The notes under the pieces are model-generated. The model was not told the DNA's origin. It searched no databases and saw nothing but the letters and a program-made list of their open reading frames with translations. A stretch of 64,000 nt of DNA from Candidatus Krumholzibacteriota bacterium (GTDB lineage Bacteria; Krumholzibacteriota; Krumholzibacteriia; JAJRXK01), in the NCBI GenBank assembly GCA_963764625.1, contig CAVXTH010000009.1, positions 704,001-768,000 of the forward strand, written 5' to 3'. Below, piece after piece: positions 30,817 through 40,781 of the stretch. Numbering within the stretch: position 1 is the first letter of the stretch; each line of letters begins with the position of its first letter. The position numbers and the translations under genes were made by a program.

Positions 30817-31968
30817 CTAGAGGGCCTTGACCATCTCCTCCAACTGAATGTCACGGTGAGCCAATTCGGCGCGGAAGATCTCTGCCGGGACGCCTCGCTC
30901 CAGCGGTACCACACCGCGCGCCTCGACTTGTCCTCGCGCGATCATTGCGGCGATGATCGCGGTGGGATAGCCGGTCATGCGCATCATCGCGGTGATGCCG
31001 TTCTCTCGATCGAAGCGATCCACGATTTGGGTCTTCACCACCAGGGGAATGTTGTTCTTCATTCCCTCGGCGCTCACTCTGAGCAGCACCACATCGGCTT
31101 CCTGGTAGCTGCACTGTTCCCGGATGAGATCCGCGAGCTGTTCACGGGGCACGTAGCTGCTTCCGTCCTCGGCCGGTTTGGGCTCTCGCGAAAACATCCC
31201 TTCCTCGTAGAATCTCCTCATCTGTTCACCATGGCCCGAGTAGCGAATGGTCTTGTAGTCCATGTTGCTGACCTTGTGGCCCAGAGTACGGGGGAGGGTC
31301 GAGAGACCACCCGAAGTGTTGAAGCACTCGAGATCGGAGAAGGGCTCCGGAAAACGAATGGGCTCGATCTCGGTGAGCGGCTCGACGGAAAACAACTCGC
31401 CACCTCGCATGACGAGACAGGGCTCACTGTATTCGTTCAGCAAGCCTTCGACGTTGAAGGTGAGCATGTAGCCGAAGTCGCCCTGCGCCTTCTGCGGCAA
31501 TCCTCCGACGCGAATACTGAGACTGTCGACGCGCGTGAGACGCGCGCACGCGTCCGCCGCCAGAAGGACGGCCAGGCCGGGCGCGAGTCCGCAGTCGGGA
31601 ATGACCACGATCCCGGCTTCCTTGGCCGCGTTGTCCAGATCGAGCTGTTGTTCGACCACGGAGTTGTTTCCGCCCAGATCGACGAGGTGCGTCTTCATTT
31701 CGATGGCGTCTTCGGTGATCAGCAGATTATGGCGGTAGGGAAGCGCGTTGATGGCGACGTCCACATCCTCCATGACCACACGGCACTCTTCCCGGTTGTT
31801 TGCGTCGATGGGTTCCGGTTCGACCCTGGGGTCGTCCAGCCACGAGCAGACTTCGTCGAGCTGCTCGGGATTACTGTCGACGATCACGATTTCGGCTTCT
31901 GGGTCGCGAAGCAGGTCGAAGGCGATGGCCCGGCCTTGCTGACCGGCGCCGAAGAGGACGTATCTCAT
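30817..31968 (-). CDS. Saccharopine dehydrogenase / lysine 6-dehydrogenase family oxidoreductase
   Basis: GAGQQG, NALPY, DLGGN, CGLAPG, VGGLP, YKTIRYSGH, TAMMRMTG. Confidence 0.9.
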   Translation of the reverse strand: MRYVLFGAGQQGRAIAFDLLRDPEAEIVIVDSNPEQLDEVCSWLDDPRVEPEPIDANNREECRVVMEDVDVAINALPYRHNLLITEDAIEMKTHLVDLGGNNSVVEQQLDLDNAAKEAGIVVIPDCGLAPGLAVLLAADACARLTRVDSLSIRVGGLPQKAQGDFGYMLTFNVEGLLNEYSEPCLVMRGGELFSVEPLTEIEPIRFPEPFSDLECFNTSGGLSTLPRTLGHKVSNMDYKTIRYSGHGEQMRRFYEEGMFSREPKPAEDGSSYVPREQLADLIREQCSYQEADVVLLRVSAEGMKNNIPLVVKTQIVDRFDRENGITAMMRMTGYPTAIIAAMIARGQVEARGVVPLERGVPAEIFRAELAHRDIQLEEMVKAL

Positions 31969-32251
31969 GTTTTGACAGATCCTTGGTCACTAAGCTCGGG
32001 GAGGAGTTGGTGCCCCTTCGAGCTGATGGGATTGCAAAATATACGGTTTGCTAGGGTAGGCCAGAGGCCGCGCGCTGGCAAGAGCAAAGCCCTGGGGGGA
32101 ACTCGCGGACATTCTCGGACCGGATCTAGAGCCCGGACTGGTAGCGGTCCGAATCCTGCAATCCGCTGCTTGAATTCTGGCGGAGGCCATTCTCGTGCTC
32201 GCAATGGTGCGGTCATGGGAATCACCTCACGATTTCTCTCCGTGGCACATC

Positions 32252-32596
32252 ATGCGCATCGTAATCGCGATTCTCCTGCTTTCCTTCCTGGCGCTGCTTC
32301 TGGTTGCAACGACGAGCCCCGCACCCTCTTTGGAGGTTCACAATCGTTCAGGGGTCGCCGTCAGGGGTCTGCAGGCCGAGGTCATGGGTTCGCGCCAGGA
32401 GCTTCCCGGGCTGAAGGCCGGGGAGGACCTGAAGTTTCCCCTGAAGATCAGGCAGGATGGACAACTCAATCTGGCCGTGACCTTCGGAGACGGCAGGAGG
32501 AGTTCAGCCGAGGCGGGCTACTTTACTCCCGCGATGGCGGCGGTAAAGGTCCTCACGATCATCTCGGCCGATTCACTCGCGGTGGAGACCCGTTGA
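32252..32596 (+). CDS. Hypothetical small exported beta-sandwich protein
   Basis: Hydrophobic N-terminus, LEVHNRSG..LKAGE pattern; followed by a terminator. Confidence 0.6.
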   Translation: MRIVIAILLLSFLALLLVATTSPAPSLEVHNRSGVAVRGLQAEVMGSRQELPGLKAGEDLKFPLKIRQDGQLNLAVTFGDGRRSSAEAGYFTPAMAAVKVLTIISADSLAVETR

Positions 32597-32606
32597 TCTC
32601 GTTCGG

Positions 32607-32635
32607 GTGCAGACTGCCGTTTTGCACGTTTTTTT
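32607..32635 (+). terminator. Rho-independent terminator
   Basis: GTGCAGAC-TGCC-GTTTTGCAC stem followed by GTTTTTTT, 10 nt after the stop. Confidence 0.65.
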
Positions 32636-32824
32636 CAGGGATCTCATATGGTGAAATCCAAATTCCTGTACTAGCCTGTTTAAGATCGGAGGCGGGAGAG
32701 GATTCCACTGTCCTTTCCTTGCGCTTCCGATTGGCGGGAGGCCCGTTCTTGCCTCACATCTGTGGTCGCCATCCAATGAAGCCGGTTTCCGCTCCCGCCG
32801 TGAAGCAGACACAAGGAGGGCGGC

Positions 32825-33091
32825 ATGGTTGAGTTCGTAACGCCGCCGGCGACGCGCAGTGCGGGACAAAGCCCCACGGTTCCCTTGCTAGAGACACGCC
32901 GATCGGACTTGGTGATGCTCTGCGAGTCGAAGTTGCGGTGGGCGGGGATCCGATACACGACGGAAACACTCGCGAATGCGGTTCGTGACGCCGCTGCCTT
33001 GGGCAGCGATGAGCTACGCGTCCGAGTTCCCTCGGAACAACTCGAAGAGGCGAAGCGATTGCTCGCCGCGATCGACGACGAGGTCTTCTGA
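32825..33091 (+). CDS. Small DUF2007-like (putative signal-transducing) protein
   Basis: AAGGAGG RBS; ESKLRWAGI...LRVRVPSEQLEEAKRLL pattern. Confidence 0.6.
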   Translation: MVEFVTPPATRSAGQSPTVPLLETRRSDLVMLCESKLRWAGIRYTTETLANAVRDAAALGSDELRVRVPSEQLEEAKRLLAAIDDEVF

Positions 33092-33103
33092 CGCCAGTTT
33101 CAT

Positions 33104-33976
33104 TCACCGCTGTGGCACACGCGCTGCCACGCGACGTAGTCCCCAGCGCTCGGCAAATTTGTCGAGCGCTTTTCTTTCCGCCCCCAGATAGCGCAGGCCG
33201 GAGGGCTCGAAGGAGAGTGGGATGTCCTGGCGAAGGCGGGCCAGTTTCCGACTGAGATAGGCCTTGTCTCGGTCTTGCTCCAACTTCCGGCGAAGGCTCT
33301 TCGCGCCCCTTACCGGAAGGCCCTCGACCTCGTCCAGGCGCTCGTAGATCGCATCGAGGTCCCCGAACGCGGCGAGCAGGGCGACCGCGCTCTTCTTTCC
33401 GACTCCCCGGACCCCGGGGATGTTGTCGCTGCTGTCTCCCATCAAGGCCAACAGATCCACCACCTGGTCCGAGCGCACCCCGAGCAGGTGTGGAACTTCC
33501 TCGGCGCCGAACTTTCGCCCCTTCGCCAGATCGTAGATCTCAAGTCCCGGCCGCAGGATCTGCGACAGGTCCTTGTCCCCGGTCACCACCTTGACCTGGA
33601 ACCCCTGCTCGAGCAGGCGCGAGGCCATACTGGCCAACAAATCGTCCGCCTCGAACCCCTTCTTCAGGAAGGTGGCAATCCCCATCGCCTTGGTGAGGGC
33701 GGGACAGAGTTCGAACTGAACCGCGAGGTCTTCCGGGGGCTCGCCCCGGTTCGCTTTGTACTCGGGATAGAGCTCGTTGCGGAAGGTGATGCGCCCCGCG
33801 TCGAAGACGACGGCCAAGTGACTCGGGCTCTCGTCTTGCAGGAAGCGTTGCAGGGTCATTCCCAATCCGAAGACCGCGTTCACCGGAGTTCCGTCCGGAG
33901 CTGAGATGGGACGCATGGAATAGTAGGAACGGAAGACGTAGGCAGTGCCGTCCACGAGCCAAGCGGTTTGCGACAT
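33104..33976 (-). CDS. Stand-alone 5'-3' exonuclease/flap endonuclease (PolA N-terminal/Xni-like)
   Basis: VDGT..FRSYY, YKANR, FEADD, TGDKD, MGDSSDNIPGVRGVGKK; no polymerase domain. Confidence 0.93.
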   Translation of the reverse strand: MSQTAWLVDGTAYVFRSYYSMRPISAPDGTPVNAVFGLGMTLQRFLQDESPSHLAVVFDAGRITFRNELYPEYKANRGEPPEDLAVQFELCPALTKAMGIATFLKKGFEADDLLASMASRLLEQGFQVKVVTGDKDLSQILRPGLEIYDLAKGRKFGAEEVPHLLGVRSDQVVDLLALMGDSSDNIPGVRGVGKKSAVALLAAFGDLDAIYERLDEVEGLPVRGAKSLRRKLEQDRDKAYLSRKLARLRQDIPLSFEPSGLRYLGAERKALDKFAERWGLRRVAARVPQR

Positions 33977-33980
33977 GCCG

Positions 33981-34850
33981 TCAATCTCCCTGGGGATATT
34001 CGTACACTCCGCGGCCGGTCTTTTTTCCGAGGCGACCCGCCTTGACGTACTGCTCCTGAAGGTAAGTGGGGCGGAAGCGCTCCCCCAGTGATGTGTGCAG
34101 GAAGCGCAAGATGGAGAGCCGCGTGTCCAAACCCACCAGGTCCACGAGTTCGAACGGGCCCATGGGATGGTTGAGTCCGAGCTTCAAGGCCTTGTCGATG
34201 TCGCGGGCAGAGGCGACTCCTTCCTGGAGCATGCGGAACGCCTCGTTTCCAATGAGTGCGTTGACTCGGGTGGTGACGAAGCCGGGAGCCTCGTTCACTT
34301 CCACCGTCTCTTTGCCGATCGCCTGGCAGAAGTCCAGCGCTCGACGACCGGTTGCGTCGCTGGTCTGGAGTCCACGGACTACTTCGACGAGTTTCATGCG
34401 ATGCACCGGATTGAAGAAGTGTAGCCCGATGCAGCGGGAGGGATCTTTCAGAGCGCCGGCCAACTCGGTGACGGAGAGGGCGGAGGTATTGGTGGCCACC
34501 AGGGAAGCGGGGGGAAGATGCTGGTCGAGTTGGACAAAGAGCTGGAGCTTGAGATCGATGCGTTCGGGAATGGCCTCGATGAAGACTTCCGCATCCACGC
34601 AGGCAGCGGCGAGATCATCGGTGGTGTGGAGTCGCAACAAGGTGGCGTCCCGCTGGGAAGCGTCGATTCTGCCCCTTTCTGCCGCCCGGTCGAGCCTGGC
34701 ACGGATCCCCTCGAGTGCGCGATCGAGTTGCTCATGGGCAATGTCGTAGAGGACGGTTTCGAATCCGGCCGCGGCGGCCACCTGGGCGATCCCCAGGCCC
34801 ATCGTCCCGCTGCCGACCACCGCCACGCGGCGGGTTTCAAGGTCTGCCAT
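33981..34850 (-). CDS. 3-hydroxyacyl(butyryl)-CoA dehydrogenase
   Basis: VGSGTMGLGIA, EAIPE, TNTSAL, GLHFFNP, HPMGPFELVDLVGLD. Confidence 0.93.
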   Translation of the reverse strand: MADLETRRVAVVGSGTMGLGIAQVAAAAGFETVLYDIAHEQLDRALEGIRARLDRAAERGRIDASQRDATLLRLHTTDDLAAACVDAEVFIEAIPERIDLKLQLFVQLDQHLPPASLVATNTSALSVTELAGALKDPSRCIGLHFFNPVHRMKLVEVVRGLQTSDATGRRALDFCQAIGKETVEVNEAPGFVTTRVNALIGNEAFRMLQEGVASARDIDKALKLGLNHPMGPFELVDLVGLDTRLSILRFLHTSLGERFRPTYLQEQYVKAGRLGKKTGRGVYEYPQGD

Positions 34851-35050
34851 GGAGTGGCAACCTCCTAAAAGAGAGCGCTTTCTCGAGAGAATGCAGGGTA
34901 CTCCAGAGTCCGGCTCGACTCAAGCCGAGCGCCCGGAGCTCTTGTTGTCGGCAAGCGCTGTGATTACACTGCCCTCTGTCCTTCGCCGCGATTCCCGGCT
35001 CGTGCCGGACCTGCGCGCGGCCCTTTCCATCGTTTTCCGAGGTGAGCTGA

Positions 35051-35842
35051 ATGAGCGACCGAACTCTGGTCAAATACGAGAAAGACGGTGGTGTTGCCGT
35101 CATCGCTTTGTGCGACCCGCCCGCCAATACCTACACCTACGAAATGAACCTTCAGTTCGACGACTGCATTCTTCAGGCCCGGATGGACAACGACGTCCAC
35201 GTCATCGTCATCCGGGGGGACGGGGAGAAGTTCTTCTCGGCTGGGGCTAACATCAACATGCTCAACGAGGTGGATCCCACCTTCAAGTACTACTTCTGTT
35301 TGCACGCAAACGAGATGCTGAACCGCCTGGAGCACACTCCCAAGCTGGTCATCGCCGCCCTGAACGGCCACACGGTGGGTGGTGGACTCGAGTTCGCGAT
35401 GGCTTGTGACATGCGAATCGCCAAGAAAAACGGCGGCAAGATCGGACTTCCAGAAGTGGGACTCGGGGTCCTTCCCGGCACGGGTGGAACGCAACGGCTG
35501 ACGCGCCTCATCGGCAAGCACAAGGCTCTCGAGCTGATGGTAACCGGACGGACCATGGAATTCGACGAAGCGAAGGAACTGGGGATCGTCAACCAGATCT
35601 TCGAGAGGGACACCTTCTGGGAAGACGTGATGGCCTACGCGAAGCAGTTTTGCCCGCCCAACAAGGCCAGCAAGGCGGTAGGCAGGATCAAGCGCTGCTG
35701 CCAGAGCGGTCCGGAGATTCCCTTCAGCGAGGCCCTCTCGATCGAGCGCGAGTTGCAGCAGCAGCTCTTCCAGAGTTCGGACGCCAAAGAGGGGATCGCG
35801 GCCTACGTACAGAAGCGCGTGGCCAAGTTCAGCGGGAATTAG
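35051..35842 (+). CDS. Enoyl-CoA hydratase/isomerase (crotonase)
   Basis: FFSAGAN, GHTVGGGLE, GLPEVGLGVLPGTGGTQRL (both catalytic Glu present). Confidence 0.93.
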   Translation: MSDRTLVKYEKDGGVAVIALCDPPANTYTYEMNLQFDDCILQARMDNDVHVIVIRGDGEKFFSAGANINMLNEVDPTFKYYFCLHANEMLNRLEHTPKLVIAALNGHTVGGGLEFAMACDMRIAKKNGGKIGLPEVGLGVLPGTGGTQRLTRLIGKHKALELMVTGRTMEFDEAKELGIVNQIFERDTFWEDVMAYAKQFCPPNKASKAVGRIKRCCQSGPEIPFSEALSIERELQQQLFQSSDAKEGIAAYVQKRVAKFSGN

Positions 35843-35875
35843 AGAGCGAATAATCAGGCGAGGTTCGGGCGGAAG

Positions 35876-36605
35876 CTATTGGTTCTGCCCGAACATCACT
35901 CCCATCCTAGCGCCCACGAACCCTCCATCGAACTCGTTCAATCCGTCGAGTCCGGACCAACGCCAGCCCAGTTCCACTCCCAGAGCCAAGGACTCGCTGG
36001 CGTAGAATTCGATTCCACTCAACAGATGGAAGTCTCCCTGGTCCTGGCGGCTGGTGATGCGCTGCCCGGTGCCCTGCGCTAGCCAGTGCGCCTCACCGTG
36101 GGCCAGTCCTCCCCCGAATCCCAGGTAGGCCGCACCGGTGAACCAGTTTCGATAGGCCCGCAGATTGAACCCCGCGCCGTAGACCTTGCTGTCGAGACTT
36201 TCGAGGAGGGTCGGGCCCAGGCTCTCCGTGTAGCCGTACATTACGCTATAGGGCGTTTCGATGCTTCGGTACAGGCCGTAGGGTTCCAGGCTCAGACCGT
36301 GCCCCAGGTTGATTTCGATGCCCCCGTAGCCGTAATACCCGAATTTCCTGACGGAGTAACTCAGTTCGTAGCTCGAGTAGTACCCACCGGGGGCGCTGAT
36401 GGACGAGGGCCGGTCGCGGGCATCCCACGCACGGTAGGCGCCGTGCCCACCGAGGGCACCGTTGAGGCGCACCGACCATGGGTTGCCCTGGGCTTGGTAA
36501 TACGAGCTGGGTTCTCCGGCCATCGCCTTTGTAGAGGCCACGGGCCGTACTAGAAGAGGCGCTGAGACACAGAAGGGCGAGCAATACGGTTGCGCGCACC
36601 ATCAT
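35876..36605 (-). CDS. Outer-membrane beta-barrel protein; apparent frameshift within the signal peptide (~36545-36575)
   Basis: MMVRATVLLALLC (signal) in one frame; AMA-GEP and amphipathic strands (YLGFGGG, SGIEFY, LGVELGW, GARMGVMF) in the next. Confidence 0.6.
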
Positions 36606-36710
36606 TCGGCGCACCATCAGGGGACCTCCCTGGACTGGCAGTCAGGGGCGACGACAGCCGGGACCGTTTCAACATAGGGCATTCGAGGTGTCGTGAAAAG
36701 GGCAGTCGGC

Positions 36711-37523
36711 TCAGCCGTTGCCGAAATTCCTCTCGAAGGCGGGCCGCCGCTTCTGACTGAAGGCGGTGATTCCCTCGGCCGATTCGGGAGAATTCCAGCA
36801 CTGCCGCTGGGCTTCGCACTCGAATTCCAGCATTCCCGCAAGATCGTTGTCCAGGCTGCCGTAGACGGCCATCTTGATCAGTCGAGCCGCGGTGGCGGGC
36901 GCCGCGGCGAGCCTGGCGGCCATGCGCTTGGTATTCTCACGCAGATGGGAAGAAGGCACCACCTGGTGCACGAGTCCGATCTCGAGTGCCTCCTCCGCCT
37001 CGACGCGCTTGCCGGTGAGCATCATCTCCAGCGCCCTTCCCTGTCCGATGAGCCGGGGCAAGAAGTACGTTCCTCCCCAGTCGGGGTGAAGCCCTACTTT
37101 GATGAAGCTCTGGGTGAAGACGGCGTATTCACCCGCGATGCGCAGGTCGCACGCAAGCGCCAGGTTGCAACCGGCTCCGGCCGCGACGCCGTTGACCATG
37201 GCGATGATCGGTTTGGGGCACTCGTGAATCACCGTGACCACGTGCCGTCCTTGATCGAGCAGGGGACGCAACTCTTCGAATCCCGCGCTCTTGGACTTGA
37301 GCTTCGCCATGTGCTTGAGATCTCCGCCTGTGCAGAATGCTTTTCCCGAACCGGTGATCACGATGGCGTGAACCTGGGGGCTTTCTTGCGCGTCGAGAAT
37401 CGCGTGCAGCAATTCCTCTCTCATGTTGCCGGAGAACGAGTTGAGCTGGTTGGGCCGGTTGAGGGTGATCCAGGCCACCGCGTCTTCCCGCTCGTAGAGG
37501 ATGGTCTCGAATTGCATGGCCAT
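36711..37523 (-). CDS. Crotonase-family protein, PaaG-like enoyl-CoA isomerase
   Basis: ITLNRP, AFCTGGD, NGVAAGAG, VGLHPDWGG (Asp-type catalytic residue as in PaaG). Confidence 0.85.
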   Translation of the reverse strand: MAMQFETILYEREDAVAWITLNRPNQLNSFSGNMREELLHAILDAQESPQVHAIVITGSGKAFCTGGDLKHMAKLKSKSAGFEELRPLLDQGRHVVTVIHECPKPIIAMVNGVAAGAGCNLALACDLRIAGEYAVFTQSFIKVGLHPDWGGTYFLPRLIGQGRALEMMLTGKRVEAEEALEIGLVHQVVPSSHLRENTKRMAARLAAAPATAARLIKMAVYGSLDNDLAGMLEFECEAQRQCWNSPESAEGITAFSQKRRPAFERNFGNG

Positions 37524-37536
37524 GACGGTCTCCGCT

Positions 37537-39009
37537 TCAGTCGAGGTGAGTCCAGACGGTTTTGCTTTCGGTGTACGACAAGAGACCTTCCCGGCCGAGC
37601 TCTCGGCCGAAGCCGCTCTGCTTGAATCCCCCGAAGGGGGCGCTCGGATCGTAGAGATTGTAGGTGTTGATCCACACGGTGCCGGCACGCAGCCGCCGCG
37701 CGAATCGATGGGCCCGAGCGACGTCTCTCGTCCAGACCGCCGAGGCGAGACCGTACATGCTGTCGTTCGCGATTCGCAGCGCTTCGTCTTCATCCTCGAA
37801 GGGAATGCAAGCCAGCACCGGCCCGAAAATTTCCTCGCGAGCGATTTTCATCGTGCTGTTCACGTCGCGAAAGACGGTGGGGCGGATGAAGTAGCCCCCG
37901 CTGTCTTGCAGGACCCGTTCGCCCCCGGCGATGAGCTTGGCGCTTTCGTTCTTGCCCGACTCGATGTAGTCCAAGACGGACTGCATCTGTGCTTCGCTCA
38001 CGACCGGGCCCATTCGCGTATTCTTGTCGAAGGGATCTCCCACCGTCATCTGCTCCGCCTTCTCGGCCAGCTTGGCGGTGAATTCCTCGTAGATGCTCCT
38101 CTGTACGAGCAGACGACTTCCCGCCGCGCAGACCTCTCCCTTGTTGTAGAAGATGCCGGTGAGCGCGCCGCGGAGAGCAGCCTTGGTATCGGCGTCGTCG
38201 AAGACGACGTTCGGCGACTTGCCGCCCAGCTCGACGCTGACCCGCTTGATGGTGGCGCTCGCGGCGGCGACGATTCCTCGGCCGACATCGGTGGAACCGG
38301 TGAAGGCGATCTTGTCCACTCCCTGGTGTTGCACCAGGCCTTGCCCGAGCACGCTGCCCTTTCCGGGGAGAATGTTCACCACCCCCGGCGGCACCCCGGC
38401 CTCGTTGCAGATCTCCCCGAAGCGCAATGCGGTGAGGGAGGAGATTTGCGCCGGTTTGAGAATCATGGTGCACCCGGCCGCCAGAGCCGGAGCCATCTTC
38501 CAGGAGGCGAGCAGGAAGGGGAAGTTCCAGGGCGTGATCATACCGACCACTCCCACTGGCTCTCGGAGGGTGTAGACGAATCCCGTGGCGGAGGGAAGCG
38601 TCTCGCCTGCCAGCTTGTCGGCCCATCCGCCGTAGTACCGGTACAGACTGGCCGCGAAGGGGATCTCGATCTTGCCCGAGTCGAAGAGTGTCTTGCCCGT
38701 GTCCAGAGACTCCAGAACTGCCATCTCCGCGGAGTGCTTCTCCAACAGCTCGGCCAATTTCAGCAGGATCCGGCCCCGGCTTGCCGGCGCCATCTTGGGC
38801 CAGGGACCCTCATCGAAGGCCTTGCGCGCGGCGTTCACCGCGGCTTCGAGCTCGCTTGCCCCCGCGGCCGCGATCTCGCATTGGATCTTGCCGGTGGCTG
38901 GATTGATGGAGGGAAAGAGGGACTCCTGGTGTGGCTGGACGTATTCCCCGTTCACGAAGGGAAGTCCTGGAGAAAAGCGCTGCAAATTCGTCGTGGGGTC
39001 GTGACTCAT
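37537..39009 (-). CDS. NAD(P)-dependent aldehyde dehydrogenase
   Basis: PWNFP, FTGST, ELGGKS, GEVCAAG, EEIFGPV, PFGGFKQSG. Confidence 0.95.
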   Translation of the reverse strand: MSHDPTTNLQRFSPGLPFVNGEYVQPHQESLFPSINPATGKIQCEIAAAGASELEAAVNAARKAFDEGPWPKMAPASRGRILLKLAELLEKHSAEMAVLESLDTGKTLFDSGKIEIPFAASLYRYYGGWADKLAGETLPSATGFVYTLREPVGVVGMITPWNFPFLLASWKMAPALAAGCTMILKPAQISSLTALRFGEICNEAGVPPGVVNILPGKGSVLGQGLVQHQGVDKIAFTGSTDVGRGIVAAASATIKRVSVELGGKSPNVVFDDADTKAALRGALTGIFYNKGEVCAAGSRLLVQRSIYEEFTAKLAEKAEQMTVGDPFDKNTRMGPVVSEAQMQSVLDYIESGKNESAKLIAGGERVLQDSGGYFIRPTVFRDVNSTMKIAREEIFGPVLACIPFEDEDEALRIANDSMYGLASAVWTRDVARAHRFARRLRAGTVWINTYNLYDPSAPFGGFKQSGFGRELGREGLLSYTESKTVWTHLD

Positions 39010-39010
39010 C

Positions 39011-39823
39011 TCAACCGACGACCTCCTCGCCACCGTCGACGCCGATGATGTTTCCGCTCACGAACGCGCAATCGTCACTCGCGAGCGCAGAGAGCGCCTT
39101 CGCGATGTCTTCGGGCATCGTGAGTCTTCCCGTGGGATTCCGCCGCCGCGCCTCCTCGAGAAGCAGCTCGTGCCCGGGGATCTTGCGCAGCGCGGGCGTG
39201 TCAGTGACTCCTGCTCTGATCGTGTTGGCGCGGATGCCGAAGGGCGCCAGTTCGAAGGCCAGCTGGCGGATATGCGATTCGAGCGCCGATTTCGCGGCCG
39301 AGACCGCGCCGTAGGTGGGGATGACCCGGGTGCTGCCGCTGGAGGTCATGGCGAAGATGCTGCCGCCCTGACCCATCAGCTTCCTTTCGACCAGACCCTG
39401 GGCCCAGTAGGCGAGGGAGTGGGCCATGACGTCGACGGTCATCTCCACGTTTCTCTGGGTGAGCTGAGCCTCGCCCTCTTCGTTCACGAAGGGTTTCAGG
39501 GTCCCGAAGGCCAGCGAGTGCAGAAAGACCTTCACGCTCCCGATCGCCTTGTCACCCTGATAGGCCATGAAATCGTCGAGCGCCTTGCTCCGCTCTTCCT
39601 CGTCGGCCGCGTTCATGTTCACCAGCCAGGCCTCGCGGTCCTGGGCCAGGATGTCCTCCTTGACCTGGTCGACCAGGTGGAGGGTGGCGCGCCGGTCGAG
39701 GTGGACGCCAAAGATGTGCATGCCTTTGGACGCCAGGATCCGGGCGGTTGCGGCTCCAAATCCGCTGCTGACCCCGAGGATCAAGGCCCAGCGATCTTGA
39801 AGGTCAGGCGAGAATTCGCTCAC
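39011..39823 (-). CDS. SDR oxidoreductase (FabL/enoyl-reductase-like)
   Basis: ILGVSSGFG, YGAVSAAK (YxxxxxxK), NTIRAGVTDTPAL, VDGG. Confidence 0.88.
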   Translation of the reverse strand: MSEFSPDLQDRWALILGVSSGFGAATARILASKGMHIFGVHLDRRATLHLVDQVKEDILAQDREAWLVNMNAADEEERSKALDDFMAYQGDKAIGSVKVFLHSLAFGTLKPFVNEEGEAQLTQRNVEMTVDVMAHSLAYWAQGLVERKLMGQGGSIFAMTSSGSTRVIPTYGAVSAAKSALESHIRQLAFELAPFGIRANTIRAGVTDTPALRKIPGHELLLEEARRRNPTGRLTMPEDIAKALSALASDDCAFVSGNIIGVDGGEEVVG

Positions 39824-40097
39824 GATGATTCCTTTTCTTGCGTCGGGGAGTAGAGGTCTGCCGCGTGGACACGAGCTGGCTGGAGTCTAACGACCGTTGC
39901 GGGGTTCCGCCAAGTCCCGGGATGGAAGAAACGCTCTTCGCGCGGCTGAACCCGCGGACGGCCACTTCTTTCGCGGTGCGCGGCAGACGCGCGGGTGGCA
40001 CGGACCGCTCTTGCCGCGGCGGCCGGCGGCCTATAGTCTCCAGCTCAGGAGTGCTGGGTCCCAGTTATGGAGAAAAAGCGCCGAATGTGGTTTTCTC

Positions 40098-40113
40098 CGG
40101 TCCGTCGCTTGCC
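40098..40113 (+). promoter_or_regulatory. sigma54-like -24/-12 motif before the acyltransferase-GT4 unit
   Basis: CGG-TCCGTCGCTT-GCC (GG-N10-GC with TTGC), 50 nt before the GTG start. Confidence 0.35.
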
Positions 40114-40163
40114 TGCTCCGCGCTCACAGTTTCGTACGGAACCCTCTTTCCCCAGCACGCACC

Positions 40164-40781
40164 GTGAAAGCAAGCCTGAAACGAGTCGGCAACTTCCTGG
40201 CCTTCCTTCTCACCGCGCCGGTCGTGCTCGTCACGCGTGCTCTCTATGCGATGGGCGGCGATCGCGTCCAGGTCTTCGCGTGGGTTTCGCAGTGGGCCTC
40301 GAGCTGGTGGGGACCGCTGGGATCCTATTGCCGCCGCGCCCTGTATCAACGCCTCCTCGACGAGTGCGCCGCTGACGCCTGCATTTCCTACGGCACCATC
40401 TTCAGTCGCCCCGGCGCTCGTTTGGGCCGGCGGGTGTATGTGGGAGCGTTCTGTAACATCGGACTCGCCCATCTGGAGGACGACGTTCTGTTGGGATCGA
40501 ACGTGCACGTGCTCTCGGGGAAGAAGCAGCACGAATTCGATCGATACGATGTACCGATTCGCGAGCAGGGAGGGCGTTTCGAACTGGTGCGCATCGGAAA
40601 GGGAAGCTGGTTGGGCAACGCTTCGATCGTGATGGCGGATGTGGGAGAAGGATGTGTGGTGGCGGCGGGAAGCGTGGTGACCCGACCGGTAGCGGATGGT
40701 GCGATCGTGGGCGGCAACCCGGCGCGAGTTCTGGGGCAGCGAGGTGGCGCCACCTCGCAGGACGCGGAGGAGGTTTCATGA
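40164..40781 (+). CDS. Hexapeptide-repeat (left-handed beta-helix) sugar O-acyltransferase
   Basis: VRIGKGSWLG..ADVGEGCVVAAGSVVT..VGGNPARV. Confidence 0.9.
   Translation: MKASLKRVGNFLAFLLTAPVVLVTRALYAMGGDRVQVFAWVSQWASSWWGPLGSYCRRALYQRLLDECAADACISYGTIFSRPGARLGRRVYVGAFCNIGLAHLEDDVLLGSNVHVLSGKKQHEFDRYDVPIREQGGRFELVRIGKGSWLGNASIVMADVGEGCVVAAGSVVTRPVADGAIVGGNPARVLGQRGGATSQDAEEVS

Noticed and set aside
32636-32710. Cobalamin or glycine riboswitch (GGTGAAATCC; GCGGGAGAG; CCACTG)
   Set aside because: The remaining conserved elements (CCCGCnACTGT and the B12 box; CCGAAG and CTCTCAGG) are absent. Kept only as an unknown structured leader.
39845-39920. yybP-ykoY riboswitch suggested by GGGGAGTAG
   Set aside because: The downstream conserved elements are missing and there is no Mn-related gene; the region reads better as the minus-strand promoter of the SDR operon (TTGGCG-N18-TAGACT).
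39996-40014. TGGCAC...TTGC as a sigma54 site
   Set aside because: The GG-to-GC spacing is 14 nt, not the required 10.
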